In this document: positions 47,014 through 57,503 of the stretch, one piece after another
Layout of the letters: every line of letters starts with the position of its first letter
Position numbering within the stretch: position 1 is the stretch's first letter
From: a virus
Strand: one strand, 5' to 3'
IMG/VR virus record: IMGVR_UViG_3300017989_000003
Location: 91,387-155,386 of that record
Length of the DNA: 64,000 bases
Position numbers and translations under genes: made by a program
The notes under the pieces: generated by a model
The model's database searches: none
What the model was told of the DNA's origin: nothing
The model's input: only the letters and a program-made list of their open reading frames with translations

Positions 47014-50000
47014 TTACCCACAACCACCAGCACCACCACAATTTCGGCATGTTTTACATGACCCTGTTATTTCTAAGTCAGGCGACCCACAATATGGGCA
47101 TACATCCCCACTCTTTAATAGCTTTGTAGTCTTTTTGCCAACTTTAGGTGATTGATTTGGGTTTTTATTAACTATTTTGTCGTCGGTTATTTCTTTGATA
47201 TGTTGCAATGCTTCTTCGATTGTAAACTCCCTAGTGTCGTTGTCTGAGTCATCTGACACGAATTCCTGCTCTAGATAAGTGAATATGTAGTCTATAATCG
47301 ACCCAGCAAACCTTATCTTAGGATTGTTGGTAATTCCAGACGGTTCAAATCTAGTATGCCTAAACTTATCCACTAGAACTTCTAGTGGAACACCATATTG
47401 TAAGGCAATAGAGGTCAATGTAGCTATAACATCTAATAAACCGTTTATTGTAGAACCAGTTCTAGCAGCATTGATAAAAATCTCCCCTACATCTCCATTT
47501 TCGTATAAACCAATGGATAGATACGCTTCTTGCTGTCCTACTGATAGTTTATGGATTATAGCAGGTCGTGTCGCGGGCATTCTATTTCTGTTAAGTTGTT
47601 TAGGTGTATTCGGTATCACTGGCTCTTTATCGTCTGAAGTTGAGCTAGTCGATAGTGGTTGTACACCTTTTGAGCCATCTCGGTAAATAGATATGTCTTT
47701 CAATCCTAGTCTGTGAGCTTTTATGACAACATTCTCAATGTCTTCAATGGTAGCTTCGTTCGGTAAAGATACTGTTTTTGATATTGCACCTGACAAGAAT
47801 GGTTGTGTAGCCGCAAGCATCATCAAGTGTCCGTCTGACGATATATACCGTTTATTCCCTTTCGTTTTATAAGCACAATCAAATACAGCTAATGTCTCGT
47901 CATCAATGTAAGGCGCACCTTCCATGGTATCGTTATCTTCTATGTATTCGAGTATTTCTGCTATTTGTTCATCTGTGTACTCTCGGGCTTCTAACCCTTT
48001 TCGTACTATGGTAGTTGCCATCTTTAGATGACCACCGCCTGATAATTTTTTATATACCACTAATCCCATTAGTGGTTCAACTCCTGTTGATTCGAAGTCC
48101 ATTGCAAACCCAATAGTGCCTGTAGGAGCAAGTAGTGTAACTTGTGCGTTTCTTAAAGGTGGCTTTTCAGATAGTATATTACATAATTGCTGAATTTCGT
48201 CTGTGAATAACTGCTTTGGTAGTTTTTTCCATGCGTTAATATGCTGGTCTATTACTTTATAGTGTGTATCAGGGTTATAGTGTTTGTAGGGACTAAGTAT
48301 ACTAGCTATTGCTGCACTTACTGTATAAGACGTAAGAGTCATTAGCATTGTGATTGAAGACGCTATTGTCCTTCCGTTGTCAGAGTCATACGGAATGCCT
48401 AGTGACGCAAGTAAACCTCCAAGATTACCATATCCCAGTCCAATTGGGCGATAATCACGACTATTATCGGTTATTTCTTTTGTTGGGTAACCTGATAAAT
48501 TTATTAGTATGTCTTGTGTTATAGTCATAATTTTTACAGCTGCAATAAAACCTTGAACATCAAAATCTAAGTCGTCCTCTCGAAATTTCATGAGATTAAT
48601 ACTAGCTAGATTACAGGCTGAGTCATCGCAAAAAATAAATTCCCCGCAGTTGTGTACATGGATACCATTTGCCCATCCTGCTGGCTCACTTTCACCTAAA
48701 ACTGTAAAATCATAAACACACCCATTGCCTATACATTCAAATGATTTCACCTTAGTAGTGTATGGTTTACCAGATGAATTAGTAGATTCTAAAATTTTGA
48801 TTAAAGCATCAGTTTTGTACTTTTGGATAAATCCGATATGCTCTGCAAATTTTTTCAAACTTCTTACGTTAGCTATGTTTAGGTCATAACTTTCTTTACA
48901 TTCATATACTCCATTCCTAAATTCCACTTCTTTTTGTTTATTTGTTGTTATGTATGAAAATACGCCGTACAGTGTGAGTAATTTCTGAATTGTAGTACAC
49001 ACATTTCTATTAGTTGTTTTTAGTGCTACTCTTGTGTTTTCTGGAGTAGAGCCATTTGCTGAAAATAAGCCTTTTAAGAACGCGGCTATTTCTTTTTTCG
49101 AAGCTGATAGCAGTGTTTTAGGAAAAGTTCTTTGTGGGATTTTTTCTTTGTCTATGTTAAGAAAATCCCACAAATGGTTAAAATAACTTCGGTATATTAC
49201 TCTTTTTTCACAACGGTCATCTCTTTCTGTTAATAAACTAAGTAATGGGTCTTTGTTTTCGTTTAATTTTAATGACACAAAATGTATTACGTCGTCATCT
49301 TCGCCGTCCTTCGAAAAATACATTGCAGCGTATTTATGATGTTCATCTGCGTAAGTACCATCCCCGAATAAAAATCCAGCGATTGTGAAGTCAGATTCAT
49401 CTAAATCATTATTTTGGTTTATTTCGCTGTTCCAATCAGGAACATCGTCTACCACTAAAGATATTCTTCTATTAACACAATCATGAGCCGCCACATAACC
49501 ATCTTCTCCACAAAATATTTTATGGTCGCTAGTGCATTTTAATTCAAATCCGGATGTTGTTTCGAGTTTGAACACCGGTTTTACACCAGTTTTGAACACT
49601 TTAACTTTTTTTAATCCATCTGGCGTTAGTATATCCACAGTACTACCGTCTAATTCCATTATTTCTTTTATGCCGTCTCGTGTATGCAATAATGTATCAG
49701 CTGATAGACAAGGATTACTGCTTTTAATCTTAAATTTATCGGAACAGGTGTTCCAATTGTTAATATTGTCTATATAGAAATAACCTGGGTCTCCACATCT
49801 ATGGGTAGCTTTAGCTGCTTCATGCAGTAATTCTCGCGCTTTGAACGTCGGCGCTTTGTGTGCATTTAGGTCAGGACGTACAAACTTAGTGTCCCATTGA
49901 AGGTCATTTTCTACAGCGTCCATAAAATCATCTGTTATGGCAATAGACGTGTTAACATTTTGGAAAGCTACAGTGTCATATGCTTCATTTGGGTATGTAT

Positions 50001-51387
50001 TTGGGTCACCATATCCTGCGTTCATAAGAGCGACAGCTTTCTCTTCTTCGTTTGCCTTACACGTGATAAAGTCTACGATTTCTGGATGGTCTACATTTAG
50101 TATTTCCATTTTTGCTGACCTTCTGCTGTTAAAAACAGCAATACCATTTCCTGAGTATATGTCGCTAGTTTCAGACCATATTACGTAGTTATGTCCACTT
50201 TCTGGTGATTTGTCGTCAGCCGTTGGGCAGTCAACTTCCACAGAATAGACATCCATAATGCCAACTTTGCTAACTGACACTACACGGTGGTTTTCTTCTG
50301 ATACAGTTTCTACTAATTTATCCGCGTGCATTTGGGAATGTGTAGATAAAGATGTCAAGTCTTTAGCAATTAGTCTATGCAAGAGTTCTTTTCCTTTATT
50401 TCCATCGTGTAGGTTAAGAGATAAGTAGTTTTCTTTGTCCCTACTTACACTACAACTAAATAAAGAATTACCTGGTTTCAAATCACCTGCTTTACGTACT
50501 GTATTGTCAGATAATCTAACAGGATGGTCATCGGACATGTCGAATACGCCTTTATCAGTTGTTATTCTAACAACTTGTTTTTTGCCAGACTTCCACGCTC
50601 TAGCCCATTTAGCTTTATACCTACCAGCTGGTGGGTCGTAACTTAATACTATAAACTCCTCATTAGACTCAGCTAAATCTTTTACAGGAATAGCGCCTTT
50701 TGCTGTGTATACCCGCTGGTATGGAGCTAAACACTTGCCTCCAGACTTTACTATGTGAGCAATTGAGTCATATATACGCATGAATGATAGTACTCCAGAC
50801 GCTTTTCCACCTCCAGTTAAATTTTCGTCTTTTGCTCTTAGACTACTAAGGTTCTTTCCAGTGCCAGAACCCTCTTTGAAGATAAAAGCTTCTTTATTAG
50901 CTACATCCATGATACTATCCATTGTATCGTCTAGCGCTAGTATGAAACAAGCTGAGCATTGGTTAGAACTATTCTCGACACCTAGATTAAACCACACTGG
51001 TGAATTGAGCCATGCTATTTGCATAATAATTATCCACATTAGCTCATCGCGAAAAACATGTGAGTCGTCAGCATTGAAATAACCTGCTGTTACCCCATAG
51101 TCTGTTATTGTATTAACTACTCTTGCTGCTAAGTGCCGCAAAGAACTTTCTCGGTTCTCGCCTGCTCCCTTAAAAAATTTAGACGCTATAATAGTCATAG
51201 CGTTCAAACTGTAGAAATCTGGGAATTCTACATCCTTTTGTTCGAATATAGTATTGCCAGCATTGTCAATAATGTTTACATCTTCAGTAACCCAATGTAA
51301 GTGGTCTTTTTTTGCCATTACATCATGGTAAAAAGAGCTACTATTTTCTTTATAGTAGCCCTCGGTGAAAAAACGACGTATATTCAC
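47014..51387 (-). CDS. nrdJ: class II (B12-dependent) ribonucleotide reductase with two inteins and C-terminal TSCPD-like domain
   Basis: NSPVWFN, QCSACFI, NP|CGE, APTGTI, AISKTV, YRDG; terminal CPxC/CxxC. Confidence 0.95.
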   Translation of the reverse strand: MNIRRFFTEGYYKENSSSFYHDVMAKKDHLHWVTEDVNIIDNAGNTIFEQKDVEFPDFYSLNAMTIIASKFFKGAGENRESSLRHLAARVVNTITDYGVTAGYFNADDSHVFRDELMWIIIMQIAWLNSPVWFNLGVENSSNQCSACFILALDDTMDSIMDVANKEAFIFKEGSGTGKNLSSLRAKDENLTGGGKASGVLSFMRIYDSIAHIVKSGGKCLAPYQRVYTAKGAIPVKDLAESNEEFIVLSYDPPAGRYKAKWARAWKSGKKQVVRITTDKGVFDMSDDHPVRLSDNTVRKAGDLKPGNSLFSCSVSRDKENYLSLNLHDGNKGKELLHRLIAKDLTSLSTHSQMHADKLVETVSEENHRVVSVSKVGIMDVYSVEVDCPTADDKSPESGHNYVIWSETSDIYSGNGIAVFNSRRSAKMEILNVDHPEIVDFITCKANEEEKAVALMNAGYGDPNTYPNEAYDTVAFQNVNTSIAITDDFMDAVENDLQWDTKFVRPDLNAHKAPTFKARELLHEAAKATHRCGDPGYFYIDNINNWNTCSDKFKIKSSNPCLSADTLLHTRDGIKEIMELDGSTVDILTPDGLKKVKVFKTGVKPVFKLETTSGFELKCTSDHKIFCGEDGYVAAHDCVNRRISLVVDDVPDWNSEINQNNDLDESDFTIAGFLFGDGTYADEHHKYAAMYFSKDGEDDDVIHFVSLKLNENKDPLLSLLTERDDRCEKRVIYRSYFNHLWDFLNIDKEKIPQRTFPKTLLSASKKEIAAFLKGLFSANGSTPENTRVALKTTNRNVCTTIQKLLTLYGVFSYITTNKQKEVEFRNGVYECKESYDLNIANVRSLKKFAEHIGFIQKYKTDALIKILESTNSSGKPYTTKVKSFECIGNGCVYDFTVLGESEPAGWANGIHVHNCGEFIFCDDSACNLASINLMKFREDDLDFDVQGFIAAVKIMTITQDILINLSGYPTKEITDNSRDYRPIGLGYGNLGGLLASLGIPYDSDNGRTIASSITMLMTLTSYTVSAAIASILSPYKHYNPDTHYKVIDQHINAWKKLPKQLFTDEIQQLCNILSEKPPLRNAQVTLLAPTGTIGFAMDFESTGVEPLMGLVVYKKLSGGGHLKMATTIVRKGLEAREYTDEQIAEILEYIEDNDTMEGAPYIDDETLAVFDCAYKTKGNKRYISSDGHLMMLAATQPFLSGAISKTVSLPNEATIEDIENVVIKAHRLGLKDISIYRDGSKGVQPLSTSSTSDDKEPVIPNTPKQLNRNRMPATRPAIIHKLSVGQQEAYLSIGLYENGDVGEIFINAARTGSTINGLLDVIATLTSIALQYGVPLEVLVDKFRHTRFEPSGITNNPKIRFAGSIIDYIFTYLEQEFVSDDSDNDTREFTIEEALQHIKEITDDKIVNKNPNQSPKVGKKTTKLLKSGDVCPYCGSPDLEITGSCKTCRNCGGAGGCG
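48649..49710 (-). mobile_element. intein (354 aa) with LAGLIDADG endonuclease at the catalytic NP|C site
   Basis: CLSADT...IAGFLFGDG...FLKGLFSANG...VHN|C. Confidence 0.92.
50128..50733 (-). mobile_element. intein (202 aa) with eroded endonuclease region
   Basis: GGK|CLAPYQ...SDDHP...AVFN|SRR. Confidence 0.88.
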
Positions 51388-51413
51388 GAAATACCTCCAG
51401 ATTGAATTTAATT

Positions 51414-52334
51414 TTACTTAAGAAGTTGATTTACTTCTTTAGCTTTTTGTATGCCTAGTTCGTATGCTAATTTCATTTCTTCTGGTACAAATTTAACTGA
51501 ACTTGTTATTGGCAATGGTGTGTCGGGTTGAACAAGAATAAACTTTTTGTCTTTTAATGCTTGTTTAACTAATAGGCATTCTTTTTCTAGTGAGTTAGCA
51601 TCATTTGAGTCTGATAGTCCCATAAGTGTAGTTATTATGGTCTCTATCATTTTTGGATTTTTGGTTTTTGGTTTGATGTTGTTTACTGGCGCTGTCGCTA
51701 TAAACATAACTACGTCCGCCTCGTTAAATCTTTTCGCTTTAAGTACTTCAACTCCTGGTAGATGTTTGCATAGACCACCATCGACATACCTTCCCGCTCT
51801 ACTTCCTATTTTAACTGAAGGCATATATATTGGCATCGATACACTAGCTTGAAGCGCGCTTCTTAAAATTTTTGCTGAAGCTCTAGATTTACTGCTTATG
51901 AATAAAGGCTGACTCGAGCAAAATTCAGCGCATAGATACCCAACTTCGCAACTTGCCTCTTTTAGTTCGTTAAAGTCGACATTGTCATCCACAATTTTCA
52001 TTAGAGGGTCAATGTTGTAAATGTTAGGTTTACCAGATAAGATAGCAGCTGATAGTAACGCTTCCTCAGACATATCTGGAGCGTCTACTATATCTGGAAG
52101 TAACGGTATGTCTCCCCAGATTATGGGCTCGATTAAGTTACCAGTTTTAACATTTGTGTAAAGCCTGGTCATAAGATTCCAGTTTTGCTGAGCTACAAGA
52201 GTTGAAATCAGTGCTCCTGTACTATTACCAAAAGCACATATGAACTCATCTACTTTACGCAGTATTCCTTTAATTACTCCTGCTTGGTAAGCCCCTCTTG
52301 GACCCCCACCAGCTAATACTAAAGCTATTTTCAT
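51414..52334 (-). CDS. patatin-like phospholipase
   Basis: GGGPRG, GNSTG, DGG motifs. Confidence 0.92.
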   Translation of the reverse strand: MKIALVLAGGGPRGAYQAGVIKGILRKVDEFICAFGNSTGALISTLVAQQNWNLMTRLYTNVKTGNLIEPIIWGDIPLLPDIVDAPDMSEEALLSAAILSGKPNIYNIDPLMKIVDDNVDFNELKEASCEVGYLCAEFCSSQPLFISSKSRASAKILRSALQASVSMPIYMPSVKIGSRAGRYVDGGLCKHLPGVEVLKAKRFNEADVVMFIATAPVNNIKPKTKNPKMIETIITTLMGLSDSNDANSLEKECLLVKQALKDKKFILVQPDTPLPITSSVKFVPEEMKLAYELGIQKAKEVNQLLK

Positions 52335-52349
52335 TTTAACCTCCCTGTG

Positions 52350-52880
52350 TTATGGTAAAATTAAACGTTTTTGATTTGGGTTACGGTCGTCGTCTTCATT
52401 GTTGTCAACAGAGTCCTCCGGTTTGTCATCAGGTTTAGATTTCTCAATTTCTTTCATTATACTATTCCTAAAACTGGTAAGCTCGTCTCCTGTCATATCT
52501 AGCTTTGATGGGCATCCTTGTTCTTTCCAGTATAGTAATACTATTGGATGCGGAGACAAGTTTAACCCTGAGAATCCTACTATACCCTCTTTTGTTGGGG
52601 GCTCGCTGACTGACATGTTGACGTCTAACATTACAGAGAATGGTGGTTTGCTATCTTTTGCTGCAACACTGACTTCTCTAAGTCCGTTTGGCGGGATTAT
52701 CACTGATAGTTGCGCCACCATAGCTTCTGTGATTGCATAGGTTATACTATATATCGGAAATTCTGGTGTAGAAGATTCATTCACAAGTACTCTTAGTGTA
52801 AACAATGGTACATTAGGCGTTACTGACTTGAAGACTACTACGCCAACTATAGCGTTTGCGTTATATGGGTTGTCTTGCAT
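52350..52880 (-). CDS. hypothetical protein
   Basis: ORF with AAGGAG RBS. Confidence 0.75.
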   Translation of the reverse strand: MQDNPYNANAIVGVVVFKSVTPNVPLFTLRVLVNESSTPEFPIYSITYAITEAMVAQLSVIIPPNGLREVSVAAKDSKPPFSVMLDVNMSVSEPPTKEGIVGFSGLNLSPHPIVLLYWKEQGCPSKLDMTGDELTSFRNSIMKEIEKSKPDDKPEDSVDNNEDDDRNPNQKRLILP

Positions 52881-52886
52881 AATGAC

Positions 52887-53297
52887 TTACTCCTTTGCTG
52901 TAGTCCAGTTGTCTTTAATTATTTCCGCTATTTGGTCATAAAAAGTCTTCCCTGGATTAAACTTTAGGTATGCCTTTCTAGCGTCGCTATAATTGACCCA
53001 TGACTTATCGTTTATTAGCATTCGAGTTACAAATTCAGTTTTTATGTCGACGTCATTTTCTTCAAAATTTAATTGCATAGCCTCGAAGCTGACCCACCTA
53101 TCAACATCAATTCCTTTTTTCTCGGAGTCATCGAGAACATCCCAGAAATCTTTGTAACCTTCCAGAATAAATGATACATACTCCTTTGGTGGCTTTAAGT
53201 CTTCTGGTGGTGCTTTCTCCAAGCATTGACAGCCCATTAGGATGCCGAATACGACCATAAGCGTGAATGTACGCAGAATTTTCGAGTTTTTTAGCAT
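52887..53297 (-). CDS. putative lipoprotein
   Basis: Signal peptide with LMGC lipobox. Confidence 0.7.
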   Translation of the reverse strand: MLKNSKILRTFTLMVVFGILMGCQCLEKAPPEDLKPPKEYVSFILEGYKDFWDVLDDSEKKGIDVDRWVSFEAMQLNFEENDVDIKTEFVTRMLINDKSWVNYSDARKAYLKFNPGKTFYDQIAEIIKDNWTTAKE

Positions 53298-53306
53298 TTT
53301 TACCTC

Positions 53307-53540
53307 CTATGCTATGGATATGCTGTGTAAATCAGCACTACTAACCGTGTGCTTTTCGTTATTAGCGACAAATTGCAAACTAAAATCATTACTTCCAAAA
53401 GTAGCTGATATTGTGTCAGCTGGAACTTTGTAACATACGCCATTTTTAAGAAAAATTACTATCGGCTTATTAGATTTTAGGGAATGTAATAAGTCAGTAG
53501 CTAAGTCTCCGATTTTTACCATTTCTTTCCTAACTCCCAT
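53307..53540 (-). CDS. hypothetical protein
   Basis: ORF. Confidence 0.65.
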   Translation of the reverse strand: MGVRKEMVKIGDLATDLLHSLKSNKPIVIFLKNGVCYKVPADTISATFGSNDFSLQFVANNEKHTVSSADLHSISIA

Positions 53541-53986
53541 ACTTTAATTTTGATACCTGGTGTCTCCCAGATACCATTTTTCATTTTTACAAACCTTTTA
53601 ACGACAATACTATGCGCTACTTGAGCATCGTCCTTCCAGATTATTTTGTTAAAAGCATCTGATACTACTTTGCCTATATTGTCCCAGTCTGGAACTTTTC
53701 CTACAAGTAAGTTAGATGTAACATTTTTTTTAAGTAAACGCACAGGGCGTGGGAATAGGGCTACAACTTTAAGCTTATAGACACTATCACTATCTGGATT
53801 GTCAAATAGACGTATTACTTGTTTCTGAATCGTGTCTACAGCCTTTGTTGTTTTTTTTGGAGTAGTTCTCCATTTTTTAATAACCTTATTCCCACGCATT
53901 AACGTGTGTTCAACCTCTCGTTCTTTTGTCGGAGGATGGTCAAATTCCACAAATAAATTACATAAAGGTTTCTTTTTTTTACTCAT
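53516..53986 (-). CDS. rusA: RusA-family Holliday junction resolvase
   Basis: PDWDNIGK.VSDA......W.DDAQV. Confidence 0.9.
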   Translation of the reverse strand: MSKKKKPLCNLFVEFDHPPTKEREVEHTLMRGNKVIKKWRTTPKKTTKAVDTIQKQVIRLFDNPDSDSVYKLKVVALFPRPVRLLKKNVTSNLLVGKVPDWDNIGKVVSDAFNKIIWKDDAQVAHSIVVKRFVKMKNGIWETPGIKIKVWELGKKW

Positions 53987-54170
53987 TGGTTTTGATTGAT
54001 TTTACAATACCAAAAGTAGCGGCTAGTGTTACAACACCTGAAATTATAACCTGAATCCAATGTTCGGCATTTCCGGTTGTTATAGCTGTTATCACTGCGA
54101 TTACAGCTATAGCAATCATTGCAATACCAAATAGCACGATTTTAATGACGTCATTAGTTGTTAAAGCCAT
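53979..54170 (-). CDS. small two-TM membrane protein
   Basis: Hydropathy. Confidence 0.65.
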   Translation of the reverse strand: MALTTNDVIKIVLFGIAMIAIAVIAVITAITTGNAEHWIQVIISGVVTLAATFGIVKSIKTNE

Positions 54171-54224
54171 ATTAATCCTTTCGAAAACATATTACATTAT
54201 ACAAAGTTGCTCCCAGTGAGCGAA

Positions 54225-54878
54225 CTATTCGTAGTCGAAATGTTTAGGAAGTTCTCTTTTATGTTTCTTCCTGAGTAAGAATATATCGAAACTATGCGCA
54301 AATGCTAAAAAAAATACATCTCCGTCTTTCTTATTAAGTTTTGAGTCTATGATTCTACTAATTTTCCCAACTAGGTTATGTATTATGGAACTCATGGAAT
54401 CATCGTCTATGTGTTTATCTAACAGACTGCTATAATTTTCGCGAATTATCGATATTAGGTAGTCTCGTTCTTTAATATTTAAGGGCAATGTGTCAACTAT
54501 GTACCTAAATATCTCAAAGTCTGGGTCGTACTGTTCCTTGTAAATCTCGGGAAGTATCACGTGTAGCTCACTTGTACTAGCATCTAATAGTGCATAACAT
54601 AACGTGTCAGAAAATGAAAAAGTAACGCGTAAATTATCGACAAATCTGCCATCTTCAGAAAATAAGGTTATATGCTTAACCAGGTTATGCGCGTCGTAGT
54701 TATTAAGCCCAAATCCTTGGGTTAAAAAGTTAATATCATTTGATGTTAAGTCGAACGTCCCCGCCACTAATTGGGGCATATATCCGTCTGTTCCCTCAAT
54801 AGGCTTGTTCTCGATAAGATTTTGAAGTTCTTTGTAAAGACGTAACTCATCGTCATACAATTCCTTGATGAATGTCAT
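54225..54878 (-). CDS. hypothetical protein
   Basis: ORF. Confidence 0.75.
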   Translation of the reverse strand: MTFIKELYDDELRLYKELQNLIENKPIEGTDGYMPQLVAGTFDLTSNDINFLTQGFGLNNYDAHNLVKHITLFSEDGRFVDNLRVTFSFSDTLCYALLDASTSELHVILPEIYKEQYDPDFEIFRYIVDTLPLNIKERDYLISIIRENYSSLLDKHIDDDSMSSIIHNLVGKISRIIDSKLNKKDGDVFFLAFAHSFDIFLLRKKHKRELPKHFDYE

Positions 54879-54891
54879 CTGTGTCCTTTCA

Positions 54892-55389
54892 TTACTTACT
54901 TTTGACTATACTTGACCAATCTACTAAGATGTCTTTGTGTCTTAGTTTTATATACTTATTTAGAAATTCGAAGCTATATGGGTAAAACGCTGTATACACA
55001 AGAAACAATGGTGGCTCATCCTCTTCCCCAACTGCCCATACGTTATATTTAATTTTTTTGTGTACTTCCTCCTGTAGTCTATAAAATTTAATACCATCCG
55101 GTAATCTAGAGTGAGTAAACTTTACAAAGTATAAAGCTTCAGACTCGCTTTTTTTGTAGTCTGGGGGTTTAAGAATATCTATATCCACACTATAAAGAGT
55201 AAAGTCTATCCATGGTACACCGTGTAGCTTTATTAGTACTTTACCACCAGTTAATACTTTCTTTAAGTCGGACAATATCTTTGAATCTGGGTATGCTCTA
55301 CACACCTCCTCAATAGAAGGTATTGTTTGAAACGGGTTAGATGTTGTGGCTTCATCTTCCCATATTTTTATGGTTGTATCCTGGGACAT
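54892..55389 (-). CDS. hypothetical protein
   Basis: ORF. Confidence 0.75.
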   Translation of the reverse strand: MSQDTTIKIWEDEATTSNPFQTIPSIEEVCRAYPDSKILSDLKKVLTGGKVLIKLHGVPWIDFTLYSVDIDILKPPDYKKSESEALYFVKFTHSRLPDGIKFYRLQEEVHKKIKYNVWAVGEEDEPPLFLVYTAFYPYSFEFLNKYIKLRHKDILVDWSSIVKSK

Positions 55390-55700
55390 TAAATAAGCTC
55401 CACAGGCAACATCCTTGTTAATGTTGCGTTAATAAAATCTGAGATGGAGATAGATTCACCTGCATATATTGGTATATTTTGCCGTCTTAAGTTATTCTTA
55501 ACGTAAGAATAAGAATTTATTGAGTATCCCCACAAAACTACAACGTCTACTAGTGGTATATAATCACTGTCTTTGTATTTCTCCGAGAAATATCTGTAAA
55601 TCAATGTTTTCAGTTTACTAATAAACTCTTCTTTTTTCATAGTTCTCTCACCGTGCTCAGCGTAAATTCGTATTACTTCGCATATTACTCTTGAAAACAC
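55389..55700 (-). CDS. hypothetical protein (start may be 55640)
   Basis: ORF. Confidence 0.6.
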   Translation of the reverse strand: MFSRVICEVIRIYAEHGERTMKKEEFISKLKTLIYRYFSEKYKDSDYIPLVDVVVLWGYSINSYSYVKNNLRRQNIPIYAGESISISDFINATLTRMLPVELI

Positions 55701-55758
55701 TAGTAATATAGTTCAAAATATAAAGTGTGTCAAGTAAAATTTACTGAAAAATTACAAA

Positions 55759-56250
55759 ATGAAGAAATATTATGACGAAGCTTTTCCTGTGTACGGAATA
55801 CCTAAGTCTACAGATTGGATTGGATGGACTGACGGTGTTAGTTTAATAACCGGAGTCAATATCCCGTTTAGGACGCTACGTTACGCCACGAAGAAAAAAA
55901 TAACTGCAAGAGATGTTATTTTCGAATTAAGGAGAGAATTTGTTCCGTATGGCAAAGAAGCACAAATAACATTTATACCAACTCCAATGGCTTCAGCAAT
56001 TGTGGATTTAGACGGTATTGTTCAGTCTTATGTAAGTCTAGACTATTACGACATAATGTTTAATTTTGGACTTAATCGCACACATTACATAACATTCGGG
56101 GATAGCGCACGGGTCCACGTATACAATTTGGATTACAAATTCGTTGGGTTCTTTTCGATTCTAAAGCATAGGATTTGGAGTGAGTTATTGGAACTTAACA
56201 TAGATGTAAACACAGTTTCTACGAAGTTTCGCAGAGGTATTGATGATTAA
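55759..56250 (+). CDS. hypothetical protein (WxGWTDG), paralog of next gene
   Basis: Shared motif. Confidence 0.7.
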   Translation: MKKYYDEAFPVYGIPKSTDWIGWTDGVSLITGVNIPFRTLRYATKKKITARDVIFELRREFVPYGKEAQITFIPTPMASAIVDLDGIVQSYVSLDYYDIMFNFGLNRTHYITFGDSARVHVYNLDYKFVGFFSILKHRIWSELLELNIDVNTVSTKFRRGIDD

Positions 56251-56923
56251 AATGTACAAAAATAAAATACCGCGGGTTTCACCATTTAGGCGTACTGGTG
56301 ATTTACACCTTAGGTATATTGTTATCCACAGAAAATGGGATAAAGCGCAGGATGAGCGACTTTTTGGAGCAATTTCTTATCGATGGGAAGGTTGGACTGA
56401 TGGAGCTGTATGGGTTGTTAACAGAAAACCAGTAGTGCCAGGAAGCACGATTGTATTTACTAGCATTGTTATTATACGTGACGAATTTATTGATAATTAC
56501 AGGAAGTACACGTACATAAGTGCTGTGCCAGCGTTATTTTATTCGTCGGTTAGTGTGCGAATGTCCGTGAGTAAAATGAATAGGGACATGCTTGTATTTT
56601 CTGACACTAAAAAATCTATAGCTATTTGGCGACCGCATATTAGAATTTTTTATACCACGTTTGGAAAGAATGAATTTACTCTGTGGATACATCCTGTTCT
56701 TAACAGTTATACAGTTACTGTAGGGGATTCAATAGTAGGATTTGGACTAGGAATACCTGAAGAAAATATATTACTTGGAGCAAAAACACTCGAGAAAAAT
56801 AAACGTGATGCGATTATACAAGTTAGAAGATGGTGGAGGTCTAAAGCTGAAAATACGGGTACGGATTCGTGTGAGGAACCCGAGTTGTTATTTCAGCGTA
56901 GAATTGCGAATTACAGACCATAA
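56240..56923 (+). CDS. hypothetical protein (WxGWTDG)
   Basis: Shared motif. Confidence 0.7.
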   Translation: MMIKMYKNKIPRVSPFRRTGDLHLRYIVIHRKWDKAQDERLFGAISYRWEGWTDGAVWVVNRKPVVPGSTIVFTSIVIIRDEFIDNYRKYTYISAVPALFYSSVSVRMSVSKMNRDMLVFSDTKKSIAIWRPHIRIFYTTFGKNEFTLWIHPVLNSYTVTVGDSIVGFGLGIPEENILLGAKTLEKNKRDAIIQVRRWWRSKAENTGTDSCEEPELLFQRRIANYRP

Positions 56924-57285
56924 TCTTCTTCAAGTAACCCATTTTTAATACTTACGTCTGCTTCGTAAATTTCTTTGTTCCACAAAAATACGTAAATACA
57001 GCTCTTATGTTTTTTTCTGTCCTTTCCTTTCGGTTTTATTATTTTGATTAATTCAAGTTCTCGAAGTTGCTTAAGCGTTCTTTGTAACTGACGAATTGAC
57101 GTGGCTAATTCCGAGCATAACACTTCGTTTGACGGGTAACATACTCCGTCTTCTCCAGCGAATTGAAACAAACGGGCTAGACATAATTTCGATAAGTGGG
57201 TAAGTTTGTCGCTTCTCATAATACAGTTTGGAACAATTGCTCCTAGAAATGCCTTAAACGGGTTAAACGGTTGTTTATTCTTCAT
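56911..57285 (-). CDS. winged-HTH protein resembling replication-initiator N-termini
   Basis: L...SKL..ARL..FAG..G.CYPS...L..EL..S.RQ.QR.L..L....LI. Confidence 0.8.
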   Translation of the reverse strand: MKNKQPFNPFKAFLGAIVPNCIMRSDKLTHLSKLCLARLFQFAGEDGVCYPSNEVLCSELATSIRQLQRTLKQLRELELIKIIKPKGKDRKKHKSCIYVFLWNKEIYEADVSIKNGLLEEDYGL

Positions 57286-57457
57286 TTACATGCTCAATAA
57301 AAAAAGCTCAGAACAGGTTGTAGTCATTACCATTTTTTGCGTAATGCTGTTCGAGCTTTATGTAATTAATTATATAATTTTTTGGTAATGACTACAGTAA
57401 TTTTTTTAACAAATACGGGATAAAAATCCAAGAAAATTTTGATTTTTTCACCACTTC

Positions 57458-57503
57458 TGCGACATATATGGCGTGTCACTTGCGACATATATGGCATGTC
57501 ACT
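57458..57503. repeat. two tandem 23-bp iteron-like repeats TGCGACATATATGGCRTGTCACT
   Basis: 22/23 identity. Confidence 0.85.
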
